A DNA stretch of 64,000 nucleotides from an uncultured virus (IMG/VR IMGVR_UViG_3300020049_001894). Taxonomy: Duplodnaviria; Heunggongvirae; Uroviricota; Caudoviricetes. This document shows positions 37,724 to 47,237 of this stretch, piece by piece. The notes beneath the pieces were generated by a model. It searched no databases and was not told the origin of the DNA. It saw only the letters and a program-made list of their open reading frames with translations. Position 1 is the stretch's first letter. The number at the start of each line of letters is the position of its first letter. The DNA lies in the IMG/VR virus record IMGVR_UViG_3300020049_001894. One strand, given 5' to 3'. Made by a program: the position numbers and the translations under genes.

Positions 37724-39802
37724 TTAGCCGGGTATTGCATACTTGGATTTATCAGCCTCATCAACAAACACAGGCTCAAGCCCACTACGGTTGCCCCGCC
37801 CGCCTTTGGTGTCATGCTGCAGCACCTGACCGTCACGCTTCAACCGGCCCAGCGACTCAAGTGTCTGAGCACGTGTCAGCTGGCCGTACAACAGCGCCTT
37901 AAAGTCATCACGCAGGTTTTGAAAAGACAACGGCTGATTACGCAGCCATGCTTCTTTAATAACTGAAAACACTGACGCATCATTCTGTTTTTCAACGTCA
38001 GTCTGTGACGGCTGCGCAATTGGTATAACCTGAGTAAAGGTGTAGCCCTTGCGCACCACGTAGACGGGGTCCTGAGCGCGGCAGTAGCTCATCTTAGGCA
38101 TAGCCATCACAATGCCCGTAGAGTCCGGCTCCAGGTGCTCTCCGGTGGCGTCCAACCACTCCTTTGCCTCCAGCGGTTGCATCACACAGACCATACGCGC
38201 CCCGTCCGCCATTGCGGAGCCCCCACGCCCGGAGTATTGGTCCAGGGTCTTCTCACGGGCGTTAGCCTTACCTGAGTGGTGTATACCCTCAACACAGCAT
38301 TTGAACTCCGATTTGAGTATGCGCATGGCCTCTATGAGCCCCTGCTCGGCATCGTTGACCCGTTGCTCGCCTACCCCAAAGGAGACCAACGGGTCCAGTA
38401 TCAACCAGTCAGGCTTGAAGTCAGCTAGCAGGTTGTTCAACCACTTCAGGTTTGCGTTGTGCGGCTGCACTACATCACCCACCACGGCTGATATCCTGAA
38501 TGAAACGCCTGACAAGTCCACTATGATGACGTTGCTGAGCACCTGGGCCACTTCGGTAATGTTAAGCCCAAGCCCTTTCATTATCTCCCGCGCCCGCGCC
38601 ACTAGTATCTCCCGAGTGTCCTCACGAGTAACGATGCAAGTGCGCACCGGGTGTTCAGGCTGACGCCCCCAGAGCTCCCGCCCTAGCGCTAGCACTATGG
38701 CCTCGTACAGCGCAACAGTGGTCTTGCCCGTGCCCCCGGCTGAGATGCGAGTGCGTACGTCAGCGTACAACATAAACGGCAACACGATGCGTGGATTGAG
38801 CTGCGCATTTTTCAGCTCTTCAATGCTTAGAGGGTTGAGCTTGAACGACGCTAACGCGTCGGTGGTAGGCTTGAGCTTGAGTCGCTCATCAGCGCGTTGC
38901 CTCCATGCTCTGTCTTGTGCGTCAGCCAGTGTAAATATTGATTTGTAGGTGAGCGGGCCGGGTTCGTTCAGGTCCCGTGTCCACTTGCGTTCAAACACTT
39001 CAAGAGTGTCCTCAGGGTCAGTGCTGGTGGCGCTCCACTCACGAGCTATTGTGTATGCTTTCTCAGTGTCACTTAGCCGTTTGAGCGCCTGCAGTATGTT
39101 GTACCACTGGTTGTAGTCATCTGCAGGTATGACCTTCAGCGCTTCTTCAATTTCAAGGTAGGTGTCAGGTGAAATGACTATTGACGCCGCAGCTAGTTTA
39201 GCCACCGCGTAGGGGTTTTCAGCCCTGGTGCGCACAATAGCGGGTGAATCAACAGGTAGTGCACCTTGCAGCGGGTTCTTACCCCCTTGCCACTTGTAGA
39301 GCCCGGATTCACCTTGCGACGGTTCAACTAGTATGTACCCCCGGTGCTTGACGTCCAGCCCGGCTCCCAGGGTTCCCGGGTACGTGGCTCCGGGCTCCGC
39401 TTTGAACACTCGGTGTTCTCCGCCAGACTGGGTCACGGAGGCTATAGCTGAATAGATGACCCCGTGTTCAGCCTCAAGCTGCGCCAGCGTCTCACGCCCC
39501 CCGTTGCGCGGGTCAATGTCAAGCACCACCAGGCCGGACTTCTCACAGGCTATGGCTATGCCGGCAGTGGGGTATTGTGTCCAGATGTTGCGGATAACAG
39601 CCGGGTCTTTTGTGGCGCTGTTTAGGCCGTAGCCGTCGACAGGTTTTTTGTCACGTCGGACTGGGATGACGTACCACCCCAGGTCTGCGTAACGGAGCGC
39701 GTAATCCAGCAAAGTGTCCCCTATCTCCGGGGTTTGTTCTATTGCCGACGCGGTGACGAGTGAAAGCCTTACGGCCTCAGAATCAAAGCCGAATTTACTC
39801 AC
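37724..39802 (-). CDS. Primase-helicase: Prim-Pol, PriCT-2-like and RecA-like AAA domains
   Basis: ALRYA..GWYVIP, LVVLDIDPRNGG, GGTGKT, LILDPL, HHSGK. Confidence 0.88.
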   Translation of the reverse strand: MSKFGFDSEAVRLSLVTASAIEQTPEIGDTLLDYALRYADLGWYVIPVRRDKKPVDGYGLNSATKDPAVIRNIWTQYPTAGIAIACEKSGLVVLDIDPRNGGRETLAQLEAEHGVIYSAIASVTQSGGEHRVFKAEPGATYPGTLGAGLDVKHRGYILVEPSQGESGLYKWQGGKNPLQGALPVDSPAIVRTRAENPYAVAKLAAASIVISPDTYLEIEEALKVIPADDYNQWYNILQALKRLSDTEKAYTIAREWSATSTDPEDTLEVFERKWTRDLNEPGPLTYKSIFTLADAQDRAWRQRADERLKLKPTTDALASFKLNPLSIEELKNAQLNPRIVLPFMLYADVRTRISAGGTGKTTVALYEAIVLALGRELWGRQPEHPVRTCIVTREDTREILVARAREIMKGLGLNITEVAQVLSNVIIVDLSGVSFRISAVVGDVVQPHNANLKWLNNLLADFKPDWLILDPLVSFGVGEQRVNDAEQGLIEAMRILKSEFKCCVEGIHHSGKANAREKTLDQYSGRGGSAMADGARMVCVMQPLEAKEWLDATGEHLEPDSTGIVMAMPKMSYCRAQDPVYVVRKGYTFTQVIPIAQPSQTDVEKQNDASVFSVIKEAWLRNQPLSFQNLRDDFKALLYGQLTRAQTLESLGRLKRDGQVLQHDTKGGRGNRSGLEPVFVDEADKSKYAIPG

Positions 39803-39816
39803 GATGCAGCCCTGCG

Positions 39817-40014
39817 TTAGTTAGGAATGAGCGCTAAGTTGACCGTGCCGTTGCCGGACAAATATATGTCAAACAAGAATGAATGTTTGTTGCAGCATGT
39901 GTAAGTGTTGCCGCCGTAGTGACTCCAATTGTTGGTCTTGCACAGCGGGCAGTTAAAGCTGAGAGTTTGGTTGCGATCGGGCTCTACCACCAATATATTT
40001 TTTACGTAAGACAT
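39817..40014 (-). CDS. Small Cys-rich hypothetical protein
   Basis: CPLC...CCNKH. Confidence 0.5.
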   Translation of the reverse strand: MSYVKNILVVEPDRNQTLSFNCPLCKTNNWSHYGGNTYTCCNKHSFLFDIYLSGNGTVNLALIPN

Positions 40015-40125
40015 TGAATCACCTTTTCAAAGAATATCACCGGATAAAAGACTTGCCGGCAGGCGCTGGTGAGGCGCGGTTCAGGAGCTACCCTAGCCGG
40101 GGTCAAGAGGCCTATTATAGGCGTC

Positions 40126-40395
40126 TCATTTCTGATACGGGCGCACCGGGTGCAGCGCGCATGTTACAACCGTGCAGACCGAGATTTCCTCACGTTGATA
40201 CCCGCAACACTGGAGACATTTCTGCTTGAGCGCGGCGGCCTTTTGGGTCTGCCCGGTGAGCGCCCGCAATGTGGCAATCTTGTGCTTGTCCGGTACCGAA
40301 GCGCGCACATACTCCTCAATCCGGAGCAGGTCTTCGGGGGGCAGGGGCTTGGGGGGTTTGATGCGCGGGGGGCGGGGGGCGGTAGGTTCGGTCAT
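40126..40395 (-). CDS. Small zinc-binding phage protein
   Basis: KCLQCCG...C...C.LHPVRPY. Confidence 0.65.
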   Translation of the reverse strand: MTEPTAPRPPRIKPPKPLPPEDLLRIEEYVRASVPDKHKIATLRALTGQTQKAAALKQKCLQCCGYQREEISVCTVVTCALHPVRPYQK

Positions 40396-40589
40396 GGCTT
40401 TTTGTCCTTTACGTTGTGCACACACCCGAGGCATCCCGGGTCGGCGTAGTTGTCGTCCTTTTGGTACTGGCAGTCCGGGGCCATGCGGTTGCGCACAAAG
40501 GTCACCACGCTCAACCCTGTGCGGCTGTCCACCCCGTGGAGCCATTGCCCCGGGGTGAACGGTTTTCTGTTGTAACATCCATAGCTCAT
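40392..40589 (-). CDS. Small Cys-rich phage protein
   Basis: YGCYNR..DCQY..DPGCLGC. Confidence 0.65.
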   Translation of the reverse strand: MSYGCYNRKPFTPGQWLHGVDSRTGLSVVTFVRNRMAPDCQYQKDDNYADPGCLGCVHNVKDKKP

Positions 40590-42127
40590 AAAGGGGTTCC
40601 TTCAAAGTGTTCGATCACGGTGTTCCAGTATTTTCCTTGCTTACGCACCGTTATATGCGTGGGGCGGGCGCACTCTTTCAGCATCCACGTGAGTTTGCGG
40701 GCCTCGCCGGGGAGTTTGACCGCCAAACGACGGTGCATAAAGAACTCGGTGGATGCGGTGTTGGGGGCCTCGGTGTTGAGGAACAGCGTGGCATCAATAC
40801 GTGCCCCTTCAACGGTAGTGCACGCATAGGTTATCATCAGCACCGGCTTGGTGGGGTCGCGCCGGGTGGGTATGGCCACCGCGCTGACCGCGTGCACCTC
40901 CACCGTGAGCTGAGCGCCGTCGCGGGCTTGCTCCCCCGAGACCGGGTCTATGACCGCCAACGTGCGCACCCCGGGCAGCACTTTGCGCGGCTCACGTGGC
41001 TTGCGAGGAATGATTTCCCCAGGTTCAAGCGCCCCGTTAGGCTTCTGGCGGTAGAAGTTGTCTTCCTGAGACATAGAGCCCAGACGCTGGAGGTTTCCGC
41101 AGGCGTCCACGATCAAGCAGTTCTTCTTTCCGGGACTGATACGAGCACCCCTGCCAAGTTTCTGAATATGCTTACCCAGTGACTCAGTGGGTGCGCAATC
41201 AATGATGCAGTCGATGTCTGGTCTGTCATAGCCCGTTGTCAAGATCTGACAGTTGACCATCAGTTGCAATTCACCAGACTCCCAACGCTTGAGCTTGTCT
41301 GATCTTTCAGCGTCTCCGCCATGTACAAAATCAGCCTTGATACCCATCTCGTTGGCTATCCTGGACGCAAGCCCAGCAGCGCGGACAGACGAACAAAACA
41401 TCAGCCACGCCTTTCTGTCTGAGGCCATCATGATGACGTTTCTAATGAGCTCTGTAAGCCAGGGCTCAGTTATCAGCTGGTCCACCTGAGACGCATCGTA
41501 TTCCGAGCCGGACACATCAACCTTTTCAAGTTCTAGATGCGTCGCGGTCAGCACCCCGACCAGAGGACTGAGGTATCCTTCAGAAACCAGAGCGTTGAAC
41601 TTGATGTCAATTGCAAGGTCGTCGAACCAGCAACCCTCACCTTTGTAGATCAAACCTGAGTCGTACCTGTAAGGGGTGGCTGACAAGCCTACTCGCCTAG
41701 CATTAGGATATGCGGTCATCAGTGCGTTGTACATAACCGCGCTTGAATCAGAAGGCGTGACCAACTGAGCCTCATCAACGCAGATGACTGACGGTTCAGG
41801 TATTTTGTGCAGCTGTTTGTATATGCTCTGGATAGTAGCGTAAGTGGCCGCGCTGCCGACGTCCCATTTACCTAGCCCTGCACTGAATATCCCAACACCC
41901 TCAATGCTGGAATATCTTTCCAGCGTTTTAAAGTTCTGAGCAATCAATTCACGGTTGTGCGTAACGAGTAGTGTATATCCGCCGCGTGACCTGAACCTAT
42001 CCACCAGCATGGCTGAGATGATGCCTTTACCACCGCCTGTGGGTATCGCTATGACAGGGTTGTTGCCTTTGCGCAGGGAACCTATGGTAAGGTCAAAGGC
42101 GTCCTGTTGGTACTGACGGGGCTTCAT
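40586..42127 (-). CDS. SF2 DEAD/DEAH-box helicase (RadD/YejH-like)
   Basis: PRQYQ, PTGGGKG, VDEAQ, SATP, LTTGYD, QKLGRGAR. Confidence 0.92.
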   Translation of the reverse strand: MKPRQYQQDAFDLTIGSLRKGNNPVIAIPTGGGKGIISAMLVDRFRSRGGYTLLVTHNRELIAQNFKTLERYSSIEGVGIFSAGLGKWDVGSAATYATIQSIYKQLHKIPEPSVICVDEAQLVTPSDSSAVMYNALMTAYPNARRVGLSATPYRYDSGLIYKGEGCWFDDLAIDIKFNALVSEGYLSPLVGVLTATHLELEKVDVSGSEYDASQVDQLITEPWLTELIRNVIMMASDRKAWLMFCSSVRAAGLASRIANEMGIKADFVHGGDAERSDKLKRWESGELQLMVNCQILTTGYDRPDIDCIIDCAPTESLGKHIQKLGRGARISPGKKNCLIVDACGNLQRLGSMSQEDNFYRQKPNGALEPGEIIPRKPREPRKVLPGVRTLAVIDPVSGEQARDGAQLTVEVHAVSAVAIPTRRDPTKPVLMITYACTTVEGARIDATLFLNTEAPNTASTEFFMHRRLAVKLPGEARKLTWMLKECARPTHITVRKQGKYWNTVIEHFEGTPL

Positions 42128-42819
42128 TTGCGGACTCCAGAATGACCGCTATATTTTTGGTGTCTTCCTATTGCTCCTGGGTTTGAAACCATGCCGCATT
42201 CTACGCATTCCACTCTTAAACTGTTAACCGTTGACGCCAACCCTCCTATCCTACCTATTTCAGAAGATTTAATGGGGTCTTTTCTTAAATTTGTCATAAA
42301 TTCTGAGGCTTTTTTAGACCTCTTAGCAGAAATCAACGGGTCTGCATTGTTTATCTCTGCTTGCGTTTTACCGCGATGTTGAAGTTTCTTAAGATAGTCA
42401 GAATCCTCATTTATCATGGCGCTCCGTGTCAAGATTGATTTAATCTTAGCTTCCTGTGAGAACCAACCAGTGCTGTTTTCTTTATGCTTTTTAAAACTCG
42501 CTTTTCCGCCTAATCTTGATATTTCTTCATCAGGACCGTCACCGCCATCTGTTAAATTCACAAGCGGCCCTAACCCTAAATCGCATCTACCGTAGTAAGC
42601 TATTAGGTCTATTTCAAGTTCAAGCGCGTACCATTCCTGGAGCCCTGTTTCAATAATCTCAACTGATACCCCGTACTTTTTAGCGACCCTCCAATAATAG
42701 GGGTTGTATGCTCTACCATATTCAGATAAATCATAGGCCCGTTTGCCCTTGCCTTTACCAACGTAGAAAATCTCACCAGTGGTGGCTTTACGGTGAACGT
42801 AAACGTAGAAGTCTGTCAT
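42124..42819 (-). CDS. GIY-YIG-like homing endonuclease with C-terminal C2H2-like finger
   Basis: FYVYVH..FYVGKG, NLTDGGDG; CVECG..GRHQK..H. Confidence 0.8.
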   Translation of the reverse strand: MTDFYVYVHRKATTGEIFYVGKGKGKRAYDLSEYGRAYNPYYWRVAKKYGVSVEIIETGLQEWYALELEIDLIAYYGRCDLGLGPLVNLTDGGDGPDEEISRLGGKASFKKHKENSTGWFSQEAKIKSILTRSAMINEDSDYLKKLQHRGKTQAEINNADPLISAKRSKKASEFMTNLRKDPIKSSEIGRIGGLASTVNSLRVECVECGMVSNPGAIGRHQKYSGHSGVRK

Positions 42820-42918
42820 TTGTCGCACCTCATCAGAGTGGAAGACCATCGTTAAAAGTGTGGCAGGCGATGATGAGTCGCTCTTCAGGCTGCAGACCCT
42901 AGCCACCTTTGAATTATA
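42820..42918 (-). ncRNA. c4-like antisense/leader RNA upstream of the endonuclease
   Basis: TATAAT, GTGGC/GCCAC closing stem, loop CTCATCA complementary to TGATGAG overlapping the GAGGT RBS. Confidence 0.55.
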
Positions 42919-43016
42919 GGGGGTCGCCTGCGCCGACCAGCGATTGTTTTTGCCAATCGGTAACCGGAAAATACGTTCAAAATACAATCGTGAACGCTGA
43001 AATCTCGACCTATAAT
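42913..43016. promoter_or_regulatory. Divergent promoter region with palindrome CGATTG-N7-CAATCG
   Basis: TATAAT on the minus strand (42913-42918) and plus strand (43011-43016); strand switch of the genome. Confidence 0.7.
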
Positions 43017-43074
43017 TCTTTTACGGATGAGAAATCATCTGGTCCTCAAATAACTGTATAACTTGGAGTTTCAC

Positions 43075-43809
43075 ATGACTATCGCTATCCACCAAATCGA
43101 AACCGCAGTCGCTGTCAGCAAGAAGTTGATCGCCTTTTACAACGCCAACACCGGCGGAGCACAAGTCAAGAAGTTCTCTGACCGTGACACCGCTGAACGT
43201 CGCTGCGTGAAACTAGCCCAGGAACTTGAAGCAGAAGGCGTGTTGTCTTCCGAACTGTTCCTGGCTATTGCTAACGGCACAGAAGCTGTAGCGGGTTACA
43301 ACCCGGACCAACTGAACGGGTTCCAAGCTCGTGAAGCTGCTAAGGAGGCTGCTGTCGAAAGCGTTACGGGCGTAACTGAGGTTCTGAAAGGCTCATCAGA
43401 ACACCTGACACAGGAACGCGCCTGCCCCGGCTGTGGCGGCACACAGGACATTACCGCAGGTCGCATCGTCATCCGCGCTGGCCATCAGGTCCTGATCGAC
43501 GAAGACGTCTTCACATGCCACCCCTGCGGCCATGAGTGGGGCACCCCTGACGCACCCGCTAAGAAGTCCGTCTCCACCGGCCTGACCCGTCCCGAGATGG
43601 CCAAGAGCCTCAAGCTCGACCGTGCCATTCAGGAAGTCACCACCGGCCACATCTATGCCAACGCATGCCAGGTGTGGAAAGCGGGTCTGGTTTCCTCCGC
43701 CCAGTGCGACCGCTTGAGCGCTACGCTGTATGGTGCCGCAAAGGCTGGCAACCGTCTGATGAGCGTGACCGTCAATGGTCATGTGTTCACCCTAGCCAAC
43801 CGGGTCTAA
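43075..43809 (+). CDS. Hypothetical protein with zinc ribbon
   Basis: CPGC...CHPC; VKKFSDR.TA motif. Confidence 0.7.
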   Translation: MTIAIHQIETAVAVSKKLIAFYNANTGGAQVKKFSDRDTAERRCVKLAQELEAEGVLSSELFLAIANGTEAVAGYNPDQLNGFQAREAAKEAAVESVTGVTEVLKGSSEHLTQERACPGCGGTQDITAGRIVIRAGHQVLIDEDVFTCHPCGHEWGTPDAPAKKSVSTGLTRPEMAKSLKLDRAIQEVTTGHIYANACQVWKAGLVSSAQCDRLSATLYGAAKAGNRLMSVTVNGHVFTLANRV

Positions 43810-43810
43810 G

Positions 43811-44044
43811 GTGTTGGAGTCCCGAGTGGCAGGTATCCCCTGCCTCATCAAAGTGACTCACTACTTCAAACAGAAGCCCATGGGTCCTAGCGCAGACAGC
43901 GACTGGGACTGCTACGGCTACACCGAGGTAGAGTTTGAAGTCTGTGACCGCAGGGGTCGCCCCGCCCCATGGCTTGAGCGCAAGCTGACCCTTGAAGACA
44001 AGAACCGCATTGAGATTGAAATAGAGGAAGCTAACAATGACTGA
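43811..44044 (+). CDS. Hypothetical phage protein
   Basis: GIPC..SDWDCYG..DRRGRPAPWLERK. Confidence 0.7.
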   Translation: MLESRVAGIPCLIKVTHYFKQKPMGPSADSDWDCYGYTEVEFEVCDRRGRPAPWLERKLTLEDKNRIEIEIEEANND

Positions 44045-44999
44045 CACAATTTTCAAGACCCTCAGCTTGGACCGCGACCTGGTCCGCTGGGAAGACTCAC
44101 TTGGGGCACTCACCCCGTTCGAGAACCGAAAGGGTCTATGGGTAAAACGTGAGGATGTGTACGCGCCACTTGGCGTTGGTGGCCCTTCAGGGAGCAAGCT
44201 AAGGCAGCTGATCTGGCAGATGAACCGTCAGCGGGCCGGCAAGACTCATGTGCTCAGTGGTGCTAGCATTCAATCCCCTCAGCTGCTTATGTCAGCTATT
44301 GTGGGTGCACACTTTGGGCTACCGACTCGGTTGGTGGTTTACAGCAAACCAGAGACTGTACTGCGTCACACCAGCCCGCATATAGCTGCTGGATTCGGGG
44401 CAGTCTTCGAGTTTGTTCGTGGCCCGTATAACCCTATCATCCAGCGCCGGGTGCGGGAGCTGAAACGTGAAGACTCTTTGATGGTCGAGTACGGAATCAC
44501 GGTTGACCACACGACCCAACCCGCTGAGGAGGTTCTCAAGTTCCATGAAGTAGGCGCTCATCAGGTGTCTAACCTACCTGATTCGGTGCGTACACTTTAC
44601 ATGCCTGCCGGCAGTTGTAATTCATTGACCAGCGTTTTGCTCGGACTTAGCCGTGACAGCAAGAACCTTAACGAACTGCGGACCATCGGTATCGGCCCGG
44701 ACAAGAGAACATGGATGCGTGAGCGACTGGCTATCATGGGCGTGGACGTTGACCGTCTGCCGTTTAAATGGTCTCATCACAGCCTGCATGATTCCGGGTA
44801 TAGCAAGTACAGTGACCATTTCAATGGGGAGGCTATTGATGGAATCCCCATGCACCCCGTGTACGAAGGAAAAGTCTGGCGCTATCTCCGCCAACACGCG
44901 CCGCTACAAATGGACGACACCGAAGCGTTCTGGATAGTTGGAGCTGCTCCAAATGTTGAAACCATCAAACCTTTCTTTACACATGAGGTGGCGGTATGA
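44037..44999 (+). CDS. PLP-dependent enzyme (fold type II, ACC deaminase/D-Cys desulfhydrase-like); putative base-modification decarboxylase
   Basis: WVKRED, GGPSGSKLRQ (PLP lysine), PAGSCNS, HPVYEGK. Confidence 0.8.
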   Translation: MTDTIFKTLSLDRDLVRWEDSLGALTPFENRKGLWVKREDVYAPLGVGGPSGSKLRQLIWQMNRQRAGKTHVLSGASIQSPQLLMSAIVGAHFGLPTRLVVYSKPETVLRHTSPHIAAGFGAVFEFVRGPYNPIIQRRVRELKREDSLMVEYGITVDHTTQPAEEVLKFHEVGAHQVSNLPDSVRTLYMPAGSCNSLTSVLLGLSRDSKNLNELRTIGIGPDKRTWMRERLAIMGVDVDRLPFKWSHHSLHDSGYSKYSDHFNGEAIDGIPMHPVYEGKVWRYLRQHAPLQMDDTEAFWIVGAAPNVETIKPFFTHEVAV

Positions 45000-45193
45000 C
45001 TATCGAATGCTACAACTCTAAGTGCAAGAAGCACTCCTGCAACTCCGGAAATCCACGTGATGAAGGGCCGTTCTGTTTTGAAGCAGAATGCCAGTTCGAG
45101 CCACTGGTCCCTGCAGGTTACACCGCTGCTGAGCTTGAGCGCGACAACCCTTACAACGCTTGGATGTATGAAGACGGGACGGAAGCGCCATGA
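44996..45193 (+). CDS. Small Cys-rich protein
   Basis: Coupled by ATGA overlaps on both sides. Confidence 0.6.
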   Translation: MTIECYNSKCKKHSCNSGNPRDEGPFCFEAECQFEPLVPAGYTAAELERDNPYNAWMYEDGTEAP

Positions 45194-46203
45194 AAGATTA
45201 TAGGTTGAAAGAAAACAGGCTCGCGTACTTTACCGACCTGTACGACATGAACTTGATCCATGGGGTCATGCCAGGACTGGTTTATCTCTACATGCCCAAG
45301 TTGACCGAACACTTTGGCTGGAATGACGAACAGAAGCTGTGGTTCGCGACTATCAACGGCTTTACCCAATCACCCATCACATCTCTGCGTATATTCAATG
45401 AGTTACCCGCATGCAGAGTGACGGATAAGTTCGAGCAGTGGTTCAATGACCAATGGGAGACCCTGCACTTCGACAGCGACAGGCTCAAGAACAAGCGCAA
45501 CACCGTTGCAGGGCTCAAGAGCTATGCGCGGCTAGTGGCTGAGCATGGGGGATACCAGACCCTGCTCTGGGACGCGGGGCAGTCTTATTCCGACGCCTGG
45601 ACCAAGGCTAACTCGATACACTCGTTCGGGCGCCTGAGCACGTTCTCGTACCTTGAGTATGTGAAGATCATGGGCTTCGGGGCGCAGTGCACGGACCTGA
45701 TGTTTGAAGACCTTGACGGCTCACGCTCTCACCGTAACGGGGCGCTGTTCTTGAACGGCAAAGACGACCTCGTGTTTGACAAGCGGGCCGACAACGGGTT
45801 CGACGGAAAGTACGATAACTTCAAGCCAATGTGTGACTGGCTGCTGACGCAGTCCAATACCTTCCTGCGTGAGTTTTCCAGGCTACACCCTGACGTTCCT
45901 GACGTAGGCTATTTCACACTTGAAAGTTGCTATTGCCAATACAAAAACGGGTTCTTCAAACGGCGTTATCCCGGCGTCTACGCAGACATGGCATTGGACC
46001 GGATTAAGTGGTACGACGAACGAGGGTTTAGTGATTTGACAGAACCGTTTAAGGCTATCCGAGCTGCGCACCTGCCAATATGGCTGCGTGAGGAGTGTGA
46101 GGCTAAGCCGCTGGCGCGCGCCAAGAAAGCCGCCCAGTTCGCAGAGACAGGGCACCCGTACAGGGGTGAACACTTTTTGGAGGAAGTATGGCTGAAGAAC
46201 TAG
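45190..46203 (+). CDS. Amino acid:DNA transferase (aGPT-Pplase2-like), thymidine hypermodification
   Basis: PGLVY, LWFATING.TQ.P.TS, FGRLSTFSYLEY, SRSHRNG, TLES..C..K, RRYPGVY.D. Confidence 0.8.
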   Translation: MKDYRLKENRLAYFTDLYDMNLIHGVMPGLVYLYMPKLTEHFGWNDEQKLWFATINGFTQSPITSLRIFNELPACRVTDKFEQWFNDQWETLHFDSDRLKNKRNTVAGLKSYARLVAEHGGYQTLLWDAGQSYSDAWTKANSIHSFGRLSTFSYLEYVKIMGFGAQCTDLMFEDLDGSRSHRNGALFLNGKDDLVFDKRADNGFDGKYDNFKPMCDWLLTQSNTFLREFSRLHPDVPDVGYFTLESCYCQYKNGFFKRRYPGVYADMALDRIKWYDERGFSDLTEPFKAIRAAHLPIWLREECEAKPLARAKKAAQFAETGHPYRGEHFLEEVWLKN

Positions 46204-46427
46204 TAGAAGACTTCACACCTGAAGAAATGGCGGACTACGTTGTCTACGTCGAGAAGGTTGAAAATGTAATGGTTGTGCTTGACGACATGCTGGAGATCGG
46301 AACCACGCTTGAGGACCGTTTGTTGGTCATTGAAGCGGTGGCTAATGCGCTGGGAGTTGAAGCCGACTGCATGCAGCTCTGGCAACATGTGAACGGTCAA
46401 ATAAAAGAACAGGGGACACTGCAATGA
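46188..46427 (+). CDS. Small acidic hypothetical protein
   Basis: GGAGG RBS, coupled to neighbours. Confidence 0.6.
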   Translation: MAEELVEDFTPEEMADYVVYVEKVENVMVVLDDMLEIGTTLEDRLLVIEAVANALGVEADCMQLWQHVNGQIKEQGTLQ

Positions 46428-46999
46428 AACACGCCATACTACGCGTCTCAGGCACCTTCGGGTCCGGCAAGACCACTGCCGCACGGGACTTCCTCAAATA
46501 CCAGCACACCGCGCTGGAAAAGGACGGTAAAATTCAAGGCTACAAGATCGATGCGAGTTCGGTAGGGATTGCTGCCCCAATTTTTCTGTTGGGTTCCTAC
46601 AAGAACACGTGCGGAGGATGTGACGGCATAAAAACTCAAGCAGAGATTGCCGAACGTGCGCTCAAGGCGCACCCTCACGGGCATGTGCTGATGGAGGGGG
46701 CGTTGCTCTCAGGCTCTGGTATGGGCGGGGCAGTAACAATCGCCGTGGAGCCCACAGGCTGCGGAGTATACGCATTCCTGAACACCCCGCTGGAGGAGTG
46801 CATCACCCGTGTCAAGATTCGCCGTGCATCAGCCGGTAACGAGAAACCCTTCGACCCTAAGAACCTCATCAAGAAGTTTGAATCCGTGGTGGACTGCTAC
46901 CACAACATGAAGCGGGCCGGGTGCGACACGCGGCTGGTCGACTACACTGAAATACATCAACCGCTGCTGGATATTCTGAAGGAGTTTGAAAGTGCTTAG
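46424..46999 (+). CDS. P-loop nucleotide kinase associated with base modification
   Basis: GTFGSGKTT, GSY..TCGGCDGI, VLMEG. Confidence 0.8.
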   Translation: MKHAILRVSGTFGSGKTTAARDFLKYQHTALEKDGKIQGYKIDASSVGIAAPIFLLGSYKNTCGGCDGIKTQAEIAERALKAHPHGHVLMEGALLSGSGMGGAVTIAVEPTGCGVYAFLNTPLEECITRVKIRRASAGNEKPFDPKNLIKKFESVVDCYHNMKRAGCDTRLVDYTEIHQPLLDILKEFESA

Positions 47000-47237
47000 T
47001 TCGCAATTCAACGAATTGTTCTCCGAAATAAAGTTCACCACCTCGTACTTGTGTTCAGAATGCGGTGTTGAGGAACCGGGGACTACTGAGAGAGTGTCGA
47101 TAAACGTGCGAACTCCAACCGAGCTCGCCCGCGCGCTTGAAAATCGACGTCAGACCTCTGCTCATATGCCCAGGGGCTGGGGTTTTTCCGGTGTGTTCCG
47201 CTGCCCTGACTGTTTGAAGACTAACCATGTTGAATAA
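46986..47237 (+). CDS. Small Cys4 protein (start uncertain)
   Basis: CSEC...CPDC. Confidence 0.5.
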   Translation: MKVLSSQFNELFSEIKFTTSYLCSECGVEEPGTTERVSINVRTPTELARALENRRQTSAHMPRGWGFSGVFRCPDCLKTNHVE

